Positions 11,112-22,061 of a stretch of 64,000 bases of DNA are shown one piece after another. The notes under the pieces were generated by a model. That model made no database searches, had not been told where the DNA came from, and worked only from the letters and a program-made list of their open reading frames with translations. Origin of the DNA: Cladosporium halotolerans (lineage: Eukaryota); the NCBI RefSeq assembly GCF_011745625.1, contig NW_027191465.1, positions 248,001-312,000 of the forward strand, in the 5' to 3' direction. Both the position numbers and the translations under genes were made by a program. Position 1 is the first letter of the stretch. The number at the start of each line of letters is the position of its first letter.

Positions 11112-12624
11112 ATGGCCAGTCTACAAGTGCCTATGCGCGGCGCGAGAGGTGGTGCGCCAGTCACCAAGGCAGTCATTCTGGTATGCAAGATGAGGGATAA
11201 CAGAAACTGGACACATGGCTGAAGTGAGCAGGTCGGCGGGCCATCACGTGGAACCCGCTTCCGCCCTCTGTCTCTGGACCTTCCGAAGGTATGCAAGATC
11301 GCATGAAGCGCTCCGAGGTTCAATGCTATGCAATGCATGGCTAACACCCTTCAGCCTCTCTTCGAAGTTGCCGGTCATCCTATCATCTCGCACTGCTTCG
11401 CCGCCATCACCAAGGTCCCCGAGATCCGCGAGGTGTTCATTGTTGGATACTACGACGAGGCTGTCTTCCGCGACTTCATCAAGGACTGCGCGCGCACTCA
11501 CCCTCAAATTTCGATCAAATATCTGCGCGAGTACCAAGCTCTGGGTACCGCCGGCGGCCTCTACCACTTCCGCGATGCTATCCTCAAGGGTCGTCCCGAC
11601 CGTTTCTTCGTCCTCAACGCGGACGTCTGCTGCTCGTTCCCTCTGGAGCAAATGCTGCGTCTCTTCGAGGAAAAGGACGCCGAGGCTATCATCCTCGGAA
11701 CACGCGTGCCTAATGACGCCGCGACCAACTTCGGCTGCATCGTCAGCGACGCCCATAGCAAGCGCGTGCTGCACTACGTTGAGAAGCCCGAGTCGCACAT
11801 CTCCAACTTGATCAACTGCGGCGTGTACCTATTTAGCACTGAAGCTATCTTCCCTAGCATCAAGTCCGCCATGAAACGCCGCGCAGACCGCCCACGCCTC
11901 GTCTCCTACCCCTCCTCCGACGCCCTCGACTCCGCGTACCTACCCCGCGGCTCAGCAGAGGATGACGAGGACGGCGAGAAGACTGAGGTGATCCGCCTTG
12001 AGCAAGACATTCTCTCCGACCTCGCCGACAGCCGCCAATTCTACGTGCTCGAGACGAAAGACTTCTGGCGCCAGATCAAGACGGCCGGGTCCGCCGTTCC
12101 AGCCAACGCCCTCTACCTGATGAAAGCTTTCCAAGCACAGAGTGAGGAGCTCGCCAAACCCTCCGCTACCATCCTGCCGCCCGTCTTCATTCACCCCACC
12201 GCCCAAGTCGACCCTACTGCAAAACTGGGCCCCAACGTCTCCGTCGGCCCTCGCGCCGTGATCGGCGCCGGTGCCCGCGTCAAGGAGGCCATCGTGCTCG
12301 AGGACGCCGAGATCAAGCACGATGCTTGCGTGCTGTACGCGATCGTCGGCTGGAGCAGCAGGGTGGGTGCATGGGCCCGTGTCGAGGGTACTCCCACGCC
12401 GGTGCGCGAACTTAGCACGAGCGTAGTGAAGAACGGCGTGAAAGTGCAGAGCATCACGATTTTGGGCAAAGAGTGTGTGGTCGCAGACGAGGTCCGCGTG
12501 CAGAACTGCGTGTGCTTGCCGTTCAAGGAGCTGAAGAGGGTACGTTCGCTCATGTCTCGTTGCTGAGTATGTATGCCGACACTGACACCTTTTCTAGGAC
12601 GTGCAAAACGAAATCATCATGTAA
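11112..12624 (+). CDS. Mannose-1-phosphate guanylyltransferase, alpha/regulatory-type subunit (GMPPA/Psa2-like)
   Basis: Exons 11112-11180, 11232-11288, 11355-12539, 12598-12624 with canonical introns. [25 protein letters not shown] carries the 2-residue insertion typical of GMPPA. VEKP motif, hexapeptide beta-helix, ends DVQNEIIM. Confidence 0.93.
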
Positions 12625-13093
12625 AAGCTATCTCCCGAATCCTGAGACAGAAGCCTCGCGCGTGAGCAGAGGAGAACCCCTCTGCCAGCACGTTTTTCTC
12701 CCCCCAAAAAACACTGCATACATACCCTTCATCCGGCCCCAGTTCCTTTCACGGCATTCACGATAGAGAACCATCCAAAATTGACATGAAAAAATGCATC
12801 ACTGGATTATTCCGGCCGTCAAAAGCACTTTCTTACTTCATTATTGACAAATACCATATAGCAAACATTCTACTCTGACTTCCTTGGCCCACCTATACAT
12901 GTCAGACTCAGCATTCGCTTTCCCAGAAGCCTTTCAATCTTCATTGATATTCAAAGTGAATTATGCCATTGCATGCCCAGAAGGAGAAGCGTCGCGACCA
13001 CCATGTTTGCTTAAAAGTGCCCTGAGCGCTTTAAATTTGTCTTTTGTACAAATATAATACAATCCACCACCTGCGGAGAAGCCCACGCAACTG

Positions 13094-14699
13094 CTATCGC
13101 CCCATTGCCCTAAGCTCCTCGATTTCCTCGATCTCCTTCGCTGCCGTATCAGTCAGCACCTCCGGCGCATCCTCGCCGATGATGACTGAGTCCTCCACGC
13201 GCAACGCCAAACCCCTAAACCGCTCGGGCCACCGCTCGTCGTCCGGAACGTACACGCCGGGCTCGATAGTGATACAGTTGTTCTTCAGCAGTGCTCCCGT
13301 CCTTGGGTGGCCGGGCGCGTCGTGAACGTCCAGCCCAACGAAATGTCCAACGTGGTGCGGAAATAGGACCTCCATGTTCCGCCCCGAGACATCAAAGCCG
13401 AGATCCTTCAGCCCCTCGCGCAGCTGGTTGTCCGTAATGCGGTGCAAGCGGTCGAGCGACAGCGTCGCGCTCTCGCGGCACAGCGCGATCACGCTCTTCT
13501 GCACCGCCAACAACATGGCGTACATCTCGCGCTGCGCGGGCGTGAACTTCGCATCCACCGGCCAGCACCGCGTGATGTCCGCGATGTACCCGCCGTACTC
13601 GCCGCCGGCGTCCACGAGCACCGTCTCGCCGCGCCGCAGCGGCATGTCGTTGCGCACGTAGTGGATACTCAGCCCGTTCTGCCCGCCCGCGATCACGGGC
13701 ACGTAGGCTTCGCCGTCCAGCCCTGCGGAGCGGAAGCCATATGCCAGGTCTGCCCAGAGCTGCTTTTCGGTTGTGTGCTGGCCTTTCATGGCCTCGGTGA
13801 TTACGTGACCGGATAGGGCACCTGCGCGACGCATGTTGTGTAGTTCTGCTTCGGACTTCGTGAGGCGAAGCTCGTTCAGGATCGGTCGTAGTTGGCGCAC
13901 GCGCGCGGTGTTCTTGAGAGCCGCTTGCATGCCTTCCACGCCTGTGCCTTCGCCCTGGATGAATTTTGTGACCGGGCTCTTCTTACTGTATGTTCCGATA
14001 TCCGTGAAAACCTCTGACGCGCCGTTGATGATTTGTGGGAGGATACTGGGCAGCATGTCGATGCTCTGTGCCTCGTCTGCGTTGAAGACGTCCTGTGCTG
14101 CTTGAACGCCTGATCGCGCGCCGTCCCATATCTCGGCTTTTTCGTCTTTGGGTCGCACGAAGAGGTGGAAGGTATATTCTACGTCGGTCTCGCCTTTCTC
14201 TGGTGCGGTTGTGAGCGGGTGCTTTGGGAAGCCGGCATAGAGGGACACTGACACCTACCGATTACAGCTACTGATTCGGGCTCGTTGAAGCCTGGTGGGA
14301 GGAATTTCTCAGCGTTCCGATCGATGCTTCCTTTCTATCCTTTCACACGTCCTTACCAGTCAGGTAGTAAAAGTTGGGCTCTTGGTGGTACTCATAGAAC
14401 ACGGCGCCGGACCTGAACTTCAGCTCGTTTGCGACGAGGATTGCTATGCTGTTCTTCGGCAGCTTACTCGCCAGTGCCGCTCGTCGGTGATGGTACTCCA
14501 GTGCTGAAATGCCTGGTGTAAGATCGCCTGGCTCGATCAGGTGCGGATGAGTCTCATGCAGCGGCTGTCCAAATGCCAGTTCGGCCGCGGACACCATCGT
14601 GCGGGCTCCATAATGGAAGGAGGGTCTGCTGCGGAATGTCGATTGGGGTTTCGGGCGACAGATATTGGCCTGAAGAGGCCGCAGCAGGCTCCTCCTCAT
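13094..14699 (-). CDS. ICP55: Mitochondrial intermediate cleaving peptidase 55 (M24B Xaa-Pro aminopeptidase)
   Basis: Arg-rich presequence; FGQPLHETHPHL...LTPGISALEY; YYLTG-FNEP across two introns; DAGGE, ADITR, HHVGH.VGLDVHD, TIEPG and RVED metal-binding motifs. Confidence 0.92.
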
Positions 14700-14972
14700 G
14701 GTGGTGGGTGGACGTGGGTGGAGAGGTCGCTCTAGTGCTCGCTAATGAGCCTCAGTCACGCACTTTTGCCGGGCCCTGATGTCGGCCTCCACAAAGCTTC
14801 GCGCGCGCTTCCCCAGACGATCGCCTGCCAGCCACGCCAGCGAATTCGATTGATTCCATAACCTTGCACATGTTATATAGACGTCACCTGCTGCATGTGG
14901 CATCACACCAGCAAACATTTTTGAGTTCCACGCAGGCGCCTTGTCACCTACAATGCTCCCTCATCTATAACA

Positions 14973-16043
14973 ATGCGCCCTCCCCGCCCTTTTCTTCCTG
15001 CCTCTCTGAAACCTCGTCGACCCTTATTAACCAAAGGCATGGCTTCCAAGACTCAACCTGCTTCTTCTTCTTCTTCTTCTCCTCCACCGTTCAACACCAT
15101 CATAGGCAAACTTGATGATTTCCACGATGCCATCAAGAACTCAAAGCGTGTGCTCGCCCTCTGCGGCGCTGGACTGTCGGCCTCGTCTGGCCTCCCTACC
15201 TTTCGCGGTGCCGGCGGTTTATGGCGAACTCACGAATCAACTTCACTCGCGACTCCAGGCGCTTTCGCCGCAGACCCGGGTCTGGTTTGGCAGTTCTATG
15301 GTTACAGGAGACACATGGCTCTGCAGGCCCAACCCAACTCAGCCCACTACGCTCTCGCCGAGCTGGCGCGCAAAATGCCTGGCTTCCAGTGTCTGACCCA
15401 GAATGTCGACGGCCTAAGCCAACGCGCAGAGCACCCTCGTGCCCAGCTGCAGCTTTTACACGGCACGCTGTTTGATCTTATATGTGCTGACAAGGAGGGT
15501 TGTGGGTACGGACGAACCGATTTCTCGGACCCAGTAACTCCCGCACTAGAAATCCCTACATCAGGCCTTGATCCCACCAGCAACGAAGCGCGAGGCGAGG
15601 CCAGCAGTTTGAGTGAAGCTGTCAGGCGTAGGTCAAATCTTGACATCAGCGACATCAACGTCCATCTCCCCAAACTGGAATCCAACGATCTCCCGCAATG
15701 CCCTCGATGCGAGACAAACCTTCTCCGCCCCGGCGTGGTCTGGTTCGGCGAGCAGCTTCCTTTCACCGTCCTTGACACTATTGACGAGTATCTCGCTGAA
15801 GATGAACCGATCGACTTGATGCTCGTCATTGGTACCTCGGCGCAGGTCTATCCAGCTGCAGGGTATGTCGATCTGGCTAGGCATCGCGGGGCAAGGGTAG
15901 CGACTATCAACATGGATAACTCCGATTTACCTAGAGGCGGACAGGATGATCGTGACTGGTTCTTCTGGGGCGATGCGGCGAAGATTGTTCCTCATATTCT
16001 TCGACCGGTTATCGGTGAGGTCGCTATACCTGAGAAGGTATGA
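14973..16043 (+). CDS. Class III sirtuin (SIRT5/CobB-like NAD-dependent protein deacylase)
   Basis: GAGLSASSGLPTFRG, VWQFYGYRR (YxxR acidic-acyl pocket), TQNVDGL, HG, four Zn-type Cys, RPGVVWFGE, GTSAQVYPAA. Alternative start at 15039. Confidence 0.9.
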   Translation: MRPPRPFLPASLKPRRPLLTKGMASKTQPASSSSSSPPPFNTIIGKLDDFHDAIKNSKRVLALCGAGLSASSGLPTFRGAGGLWRTHESTSLATPGAFAADPGLVWQFYGYRRHMALQAQPNSAHYALAELARKMPGFQCLTQNVDGLSQRAEHPRAQLQLLHGTLFDLICADKEGCGYGRTDFSDPVTPALEIPTSGLDPTSNEARGEASSLSEAVRRRSNLDISDINVHLPKLESNDLPQCPRCETNLLRPGVVWFGEQLPFTVLDTIDEYLAEDEPIDLMLVIGTSAQVYPAAGYVDLARHRGARVATINMDNSDLPRGGQDDRDWFFWGDAAKIVPHILRPVIGEVAIPEKV

Positions 16044-16944
16044 GCCACATGATCAGTAAATGTGGGATCGTTGCTCTTCAGGCTATCTCGTAGGGTGCTC
16101 TATTTGGCTGCATGGGAAGCTACGAACATTGGACAACACTCACGCACGTGCGCTACCCGTTCGACAGACCCTATAAATTCCCCCAAGAGCGAGGAGAGAT
16201 GCGCTGCGACCCACCTCTGTCCCGCCCGGCCGCCTGTGCATGTGCATGATGCGGGATGATGGATCAGCGATGGCTCACTTCAAATGGCGTGAGTGCGCTT
16301 TCCTACTTGGGATAACAGAGCGTCCATACGGCAAAACGCGATCCAGTATGCCTTCAATGCTGTGATAGAGCTAGTTACTCGCCTGATATTTGTCAGGAGA
16401 GAAAGACATGGGAAAATGCGCAGGACATGACTAGAGGTAAAGAAACAATATGGCGATGCGAAATACACCTGTCAAGCGAACCAACTCGACAGCATCTTCT
16501 TGTCAAGATGTTGCCAGTCTCGAAGTGTGCTTCAATTCGTGCCCATGCATGCCTAGCCAGGATCATCTGAGAGGGAGGAGTCAGCTCTTCGGGGAGGAAA
16601 AGCACGTGATCCGTCAAATCTGATGAGCATCCTTCACAATGCGGAAAGCGCCTGCGGGGCCGATTCCAAAGATTGGCTTGACAGGTGCATCTTGCCTCAA
16701 TACACCAGACTACTGCACGTGCGATGGACCTCGTGGCTTTCGGTGGATTGACTTCACATCCAGCTGGAATCGAAGCTTGATAAGTTCTGTGTTCTGCGTT
16801 TGTTCGAGCTGTACGCCCCGCTATCATGTCTCTAAAATCTCGCACTGATGGTATTCACAAAGCCACTCCCAGGTGATATCAAAAAACAGATGCAATTGGA
16901 ACTCCAAGCGCCGCTTAAATGTCAGAATGATCGGTCGTCTGCGG

Positions 16945-18082
16945 TCAGGCCATTACTCGCTGTTCCGTAGCCATTGGTGCAGGCATAGAAGCCGGATCCA
17001 CAGTCACCCTCGATACGTCAACTCTGTCAGTCAGTGACTGGTACATGGCTTGGATCGCTGGCGTCTTGAGTCCGTAGATGCTGGCTAGTCGAGACACATC
17101 ACCTGAGACCAGGACACGTCAGTGTTCATCTGTTACTGGACACTTAGATTTCCACTTACCGCACAATGAATCAACCTCCATGGGCTTGCCTGCCCTAGCA
17201 TCTTGCAGCATGGATGGCACCACCGGAGGGCTTGTTTTTGTCATCACAAGCATCTGCTCAACTATGCTTTCATCAAGCACCGCGCCACTCGCCACTGCGA
17301 CCTGATATGTCTCAGTCATGATGCGTCGCACGAGCTGTAGAAGTCGTGGCGAGGAGATGATCTGGTGTGTGTCCATTCCAGATAATGCGGCCATGGTGTT
17401 GAATGCCCCGTTCCATATCTGCTTTATCCATTTCTCCTTCACAACATCTGGAGATACTCCGAAACTGGACTCGAGACTGGTGAAGTCACGCAGACTGGAC
17501 TCTCGTTGCTTGTCATGACTTGCGGACTTTGACCGCCCGTAAAGACCGAGGGCTAATGAGTGCGCATTGATGCATGTGTTTTGTGCGAAGAGTCCAGGTG
17601 ACGGTTGTGTGCAGGCGATGTACACAATTCCCGAAAGGACCGTGTTCTCAGGGAACGACCTCTGTAGCGGTGCTTCAACACCTACGCCGTTCTGTGCCGA
17701 GACGAGGACGGTCTTGTCGCGGACTAGACCGGAGAGGCTGCTGTATACGCCCGAGTTGATGGCTTTGTTCGCGCAGACGACATAGTCGAAAGGAATGTGG
17801 CGAAGATCCAAAGGCGAACGGCAGACTCGAGCCGGATGGAAGTGACCAGCACCCCATTTGGCTGTTCGCAGGCTGATGCCATTGCTCCGGACGGCTTCGT
17901 AGTTGGACCTGCAGACGACGGAGACTCGCACTCGGGGATTTTGTGCGAGTCGCCAGCCCAGTACCGCGCCGACGGCTGTACAACATGTGTTAGTTCTCCT
18001 TCGACTGCAACTGATGCTTGAACGACGAACCTCCGGTACCGAACACCAGGACTTCACGACGCGGCGGGAAAGCGACTTGCAT
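16945..18082 (-). CDS. Ketopantoate reductase (PanE/ApbA)-family 2-keto-acid reductase
   Basis: Introns 17976..18030 and 17103..17159 give VLVFGTGAVG (GxGxxG), CRSNY, QNG, KWIK..WN, PSMLQD and PMEV motifs. Stop at 16945. Confidence 0.88.
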
Positions 18083-19065
18083 GGTTATGCGATACACGAA
18101 CGAGCGGACTGGCGCAAACGAGCGAATTGGGAAAAGGAAAACAAACGATGAAGAAACGATAGCACTCAGTAATGGGATGATGAACGTGAACCATACAATT
18201 CTGCATCTTGCGGACTGGCCAAGAACAATCACGGGCGCTCCTTTGCACATCTTCTACGGGAGGCATCAACAGCAGAGGACGATCTACGCCGCGGTTGCTC
18301 GGTGGCGCATGCTCATCTCCTCCTCTCCTGTACGCGTCGTTGGAATATGCTCCGCTACGAGACATGGTAAGGCTCGCCTGTCATTAGGAGCCGAAACTAT
18401 AATAGTTGTAATGGCCCGTGCACTCGGCGTTTCAGCGGGATCCCCAAATATGCACTGGGGCTATCGGAGAAGTCAAGGACTCGGTCTCTCCAAACCAAAT
18501 GGCCATGGGAGCAAATGATGACTGGAAATTTCGCTGTTTTTGATGAATGATAGATTCGTCTCTATAGCAGTAGCAGAGCTGATAATTCCCTTTCCCCAGC
18601 GATCCCTAAGGGGAAGTCTGCCGCTGCTACCGGACTGTCCTCCTGTCTCAGATTTGCAGTCGAAGGGTTTCCCCGGATTCAGACATCTTCAACGGTCGCG
18701 GTCCGCCCGCCGCCCTACATCTATAATCGTCCTTCGCTATCGGCTCCTGAGTGGCCAGGTTGAGTTTGCGACATTGCGATTAACGAGGCGCTAGTCGATG
18801 GCGAAACGAGAGAAGAGACATCGGCTTTGCTACTCTGCACACCTGCGCTTGATAATGCTGGGAAGTGTATAGTATGGCTGATCAGGAGAGCGAAGTGACG
18901 GCGGCACGATCCCTTGATCGTTGCTGCCGTGCATGCTCTTGACAATTATATCTCCTGGAAGATTCCTCGACGTTTTACTTATGCTTGGCCTTGCTCGTCT
19001 GAGTTCTTCTCGACGATACAGAGGAACGACAGCCCGATCGGAAGCCGATACAGAACACGCACAGC
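18083..19065. promoter_or_regulatory. Putative bidirectional promoter between the keto-acid reductase and the NRPS-like gene
   Basis: Head-to-head start codons about 980 bp apart with no credible intervening gene. No specific binding site identified. Confidence 0.45.
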
Positions 19066-22061
19066 ATGGATGAGCAGTGCAGCAACACCCCATCCACGCT
19101 CTTGGGTCTTCTTGAGCGCGCCGTCAGCAACTGGCCGAACCACGGTATCACGTTCTGCCAGTCAACAGGCAAAGATGATGGAACACTCTTAACTTATTCG
19201 CAATTGCTCTCACAAGCACAAGTACGTTGCTACTTTTGACGATGACCGATTTTGAAGCTCAGCTATTGACAGCCAACAAGGCACGAGCACGCACACTCCT
19301 CACACGACAGCTTGTGATACCCGGAGAGCCCGCCCTTCTATACTTCGAAGACAACTATGCCAGTGTGGTGTGGTACTGGGCGACCATCATCGCTGGCGCC
19401 ATCCCGGCCTTGCTTCCTCCTATGAAGGCCAAGTCTGTTACCCAGACCAATCTACTGGATCACGTCAGCACACTGCTGGATCGACCGCCTTTCTTGACTT
19501 CAAATTCGCTGGATCATATATTCTCTGACCACCGTGATGCTTTTAAGATCACTGCGATTGAACACATCTCTGAGGACGACGCAAGCACAAAATCACTGCC
19601 CAGTCTGCTTGACCCTGGAAGGGGACACGAGCACAAAGCGGCGACATATCTCTTCACAAGTGGGAGCACCGGGCCATCGAAGGCCGTTGAGTTCACCCAC
19701 CATCAGCTCATAGCTTCCAGCCGGACCAAAGCGGAGACCAACCGCATGAATTCGGACAAAGTCTTCCTCTCCTGGATTTCATTCGACCACAGTGTCTCCA
19801 TTTGCGAACTGCACCTTCACGCCATGTACGCTGGAGCCAATCAAGTCATGATTCCTGCTTCGGAAATGGTTGGCAATCCAGCTGGGTTCTGGAACGCAGT
19901 CTCGTACCACAAAGTCGCTTACACTTTCTCGCCCAATTCATTCCTTGCTACTGCAAATGCTGCTTACGAGAATGATCTGGAGGAGCAGACGATGGACCAG
20001 CTCGACTTTTCGAACCTTCAGGTTCTCTTCTGCGGAGGCGAAGCGAATAAGGTCAAGACTCTGGAAAAAGCAGACGCCATTTTGACTCGGCACCGTGCTC
20101 CAAACCACAGTATCACCCCTGTTTACGGTCTGAGTGAGACTTGTTCAGCAATTTTCTACAACAGGGGGGCTCCCCAGTACGACGTCAGCAATGATTACAT
20201 CTTCGCATCTGTAGGCACAATGCTGCCGGGCAACAGCCTTCGACTTGTCGACAACGATTTGACGCGCGTACCTGGAGGCGAAGTGGGCGCGATTCAGTTG
20301 CAGGGACCGTTGATGTTCAGGAAGTATTACAATAACGAAGCTGCGACGTCTTCTTGCATGACCGAAGACGGCTGGTTCGATACGGGCGACACTGGCCGCT
20401 TAGATGCCAAAGGCAATTTGTGCATCGTTGGACGTACGAAGGAAGTCTTGATTATTAACGGCCAGAACTATTCTTCCTTCGATTTAGAGTACGCTGTTGA
20501 GAGAGCCGTCCCTGAGCTTACGGGTGGATACACAGCTACCTTCGCTGTCTGGCTGGAAGATGCGGAGACCGAAGATCTCGTTATCCTCTTTAATCCCCAG
20601 GACCAATATACTGATGACAAGTCAGCTCTGAGGGATTTAGTTGAGAAAGTAGCGACTGCTGCGACTGAATTTTGCGGCAAGAGGCCTGCCACCGTGGTCC
20701 CGCTACCGAAGGCTTGTTTACCTAAATCCTCGATCGGCAAGCTGTCGAGGAGTGCTTTGAAGCGTTCGCTACTCGCAGGCGAGTTCGATCGTTACAAGGT
20801 TAAAGAAGCCGCGCCCGACTTTGCTAGTACCGGAGAGTCGTCCTTGAGCCCGGAGCTGCTCAAGGCAATTCGACAGGTCTTGCGCGGGACAAATGTCACT
20901 GTAAACGCAAGTACGACACTCTCTTCTCTAGGCATCGACAGCTTAGGTCATCTCCGCCTCAAAGCAGCCATCGAACGCGAATACCCTTCGCATGAATCCA
21001 GGCTCTCCCTAGCTCGCCTCGTAGCGTGCCGTTCCCTCGCCGACGTCGACGCATACCTCTCGGAGCTCCTCAACCCAAGCGACCACAAATACAATGCTGT
21101 AGTGGAGTTGGCGCCCCGAGGTTCGAAGCCCACTCTGATTCTCGGTCCCCCAGCCAGTGGAGAAGTTCTTATCTGGCTCCCTCTGGTTCCTCACTTTCCG
21201 GATCGCCGCATCCTAGCTCTACGGGCCCGCGGTTTTGAGGAAGGTGAAACGCCCTTCGAATCCATGGACGAGACAGTGAATGAGTATTTCGCGGCAATTA
21301 AAAAGTCGGAGCCATCAGGACCCTACTGCCTCCTCGGCAGATGCTTCGGCGGAAACATCGCGTTCGAGCTCGGCAAGCGATTGCAGGCCCAAGGCGACGA
21401 GGTGATCTTCTGCGGTGGCATCAATGGCGCAGCGAACCTTTCCCGCCTGCTGAAGGCCTATCCCTCGAAATTCCCCATCCTCGAGCTCTTGAAATACCTT
21501 GGGGTGATCGAGGGTGAGGAGGGCCGACAGATGTGCGACGAGCTTGGCCATTTGTCCAACGACGATTTCGAGGTCGCCATTCTCGAACGCCTGCAGCCCG
21601 CTTTGAGCAAAGCCGGCATGTCGTTGCAAAAGGTCCGCCGCTGGATGAAAATTGCCGCCAGTTCGTACCGCATCGGTTACGATTATACCCCTCAAGGACG
21701 GATTCCTGCTTTCGACGTCTTTTTCATGCGCGCTCCTGAGATCCTTGCGTGCGACGATAAGGAATTCTACGACGAGTGGATGGGTGAGTGGAACGATTGC
21801 GTCGTGCAGGGGGAGGGAAAGCGTGTTCCTTTGCGGGAGGATCGACCAACCCCGAGTGGAGCACTCCGATTCCACTACCTGCCCGTTCGCCCTGAGAATG
21901 CCGATGCGCCTAGTTTCTCGTCGACGTTCGGGGCCACCCTTAGCGAGGCACTTCGCAGACGAGAGGAGGAAAGAGTGTTTGGTCAGTCGAAGAAGCGTAG
22001 CAGACGAGCGACAATTGGAGACACGATGCCATCCAAAAGACTGGTCACTGTACGGTCATAG
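19066..22061 (+). CDS. NRPS-like enzyme, A-T-TE architecture (MicA/AtrA/TdiA class)
   Basis: Exon 1 19066-19221, intron 19222..19280. A-domain motifs FTSGSTGPSK, YGLSET, WFDTGD, GRTKE and PKSSIGKL. T domain LGIDSL (Ser 20940-20942). C-terminal alpha/beta-hydrolase TE (RARGF..GETPF, GPY). No C domain. Confidence 0.93.

Noticed and set aside
16100..16850. Possible regulator or relic gene next to the keto-acid reductase
   Set aside because: No complete Zn2Cys6 or other domain; short ORFs only.
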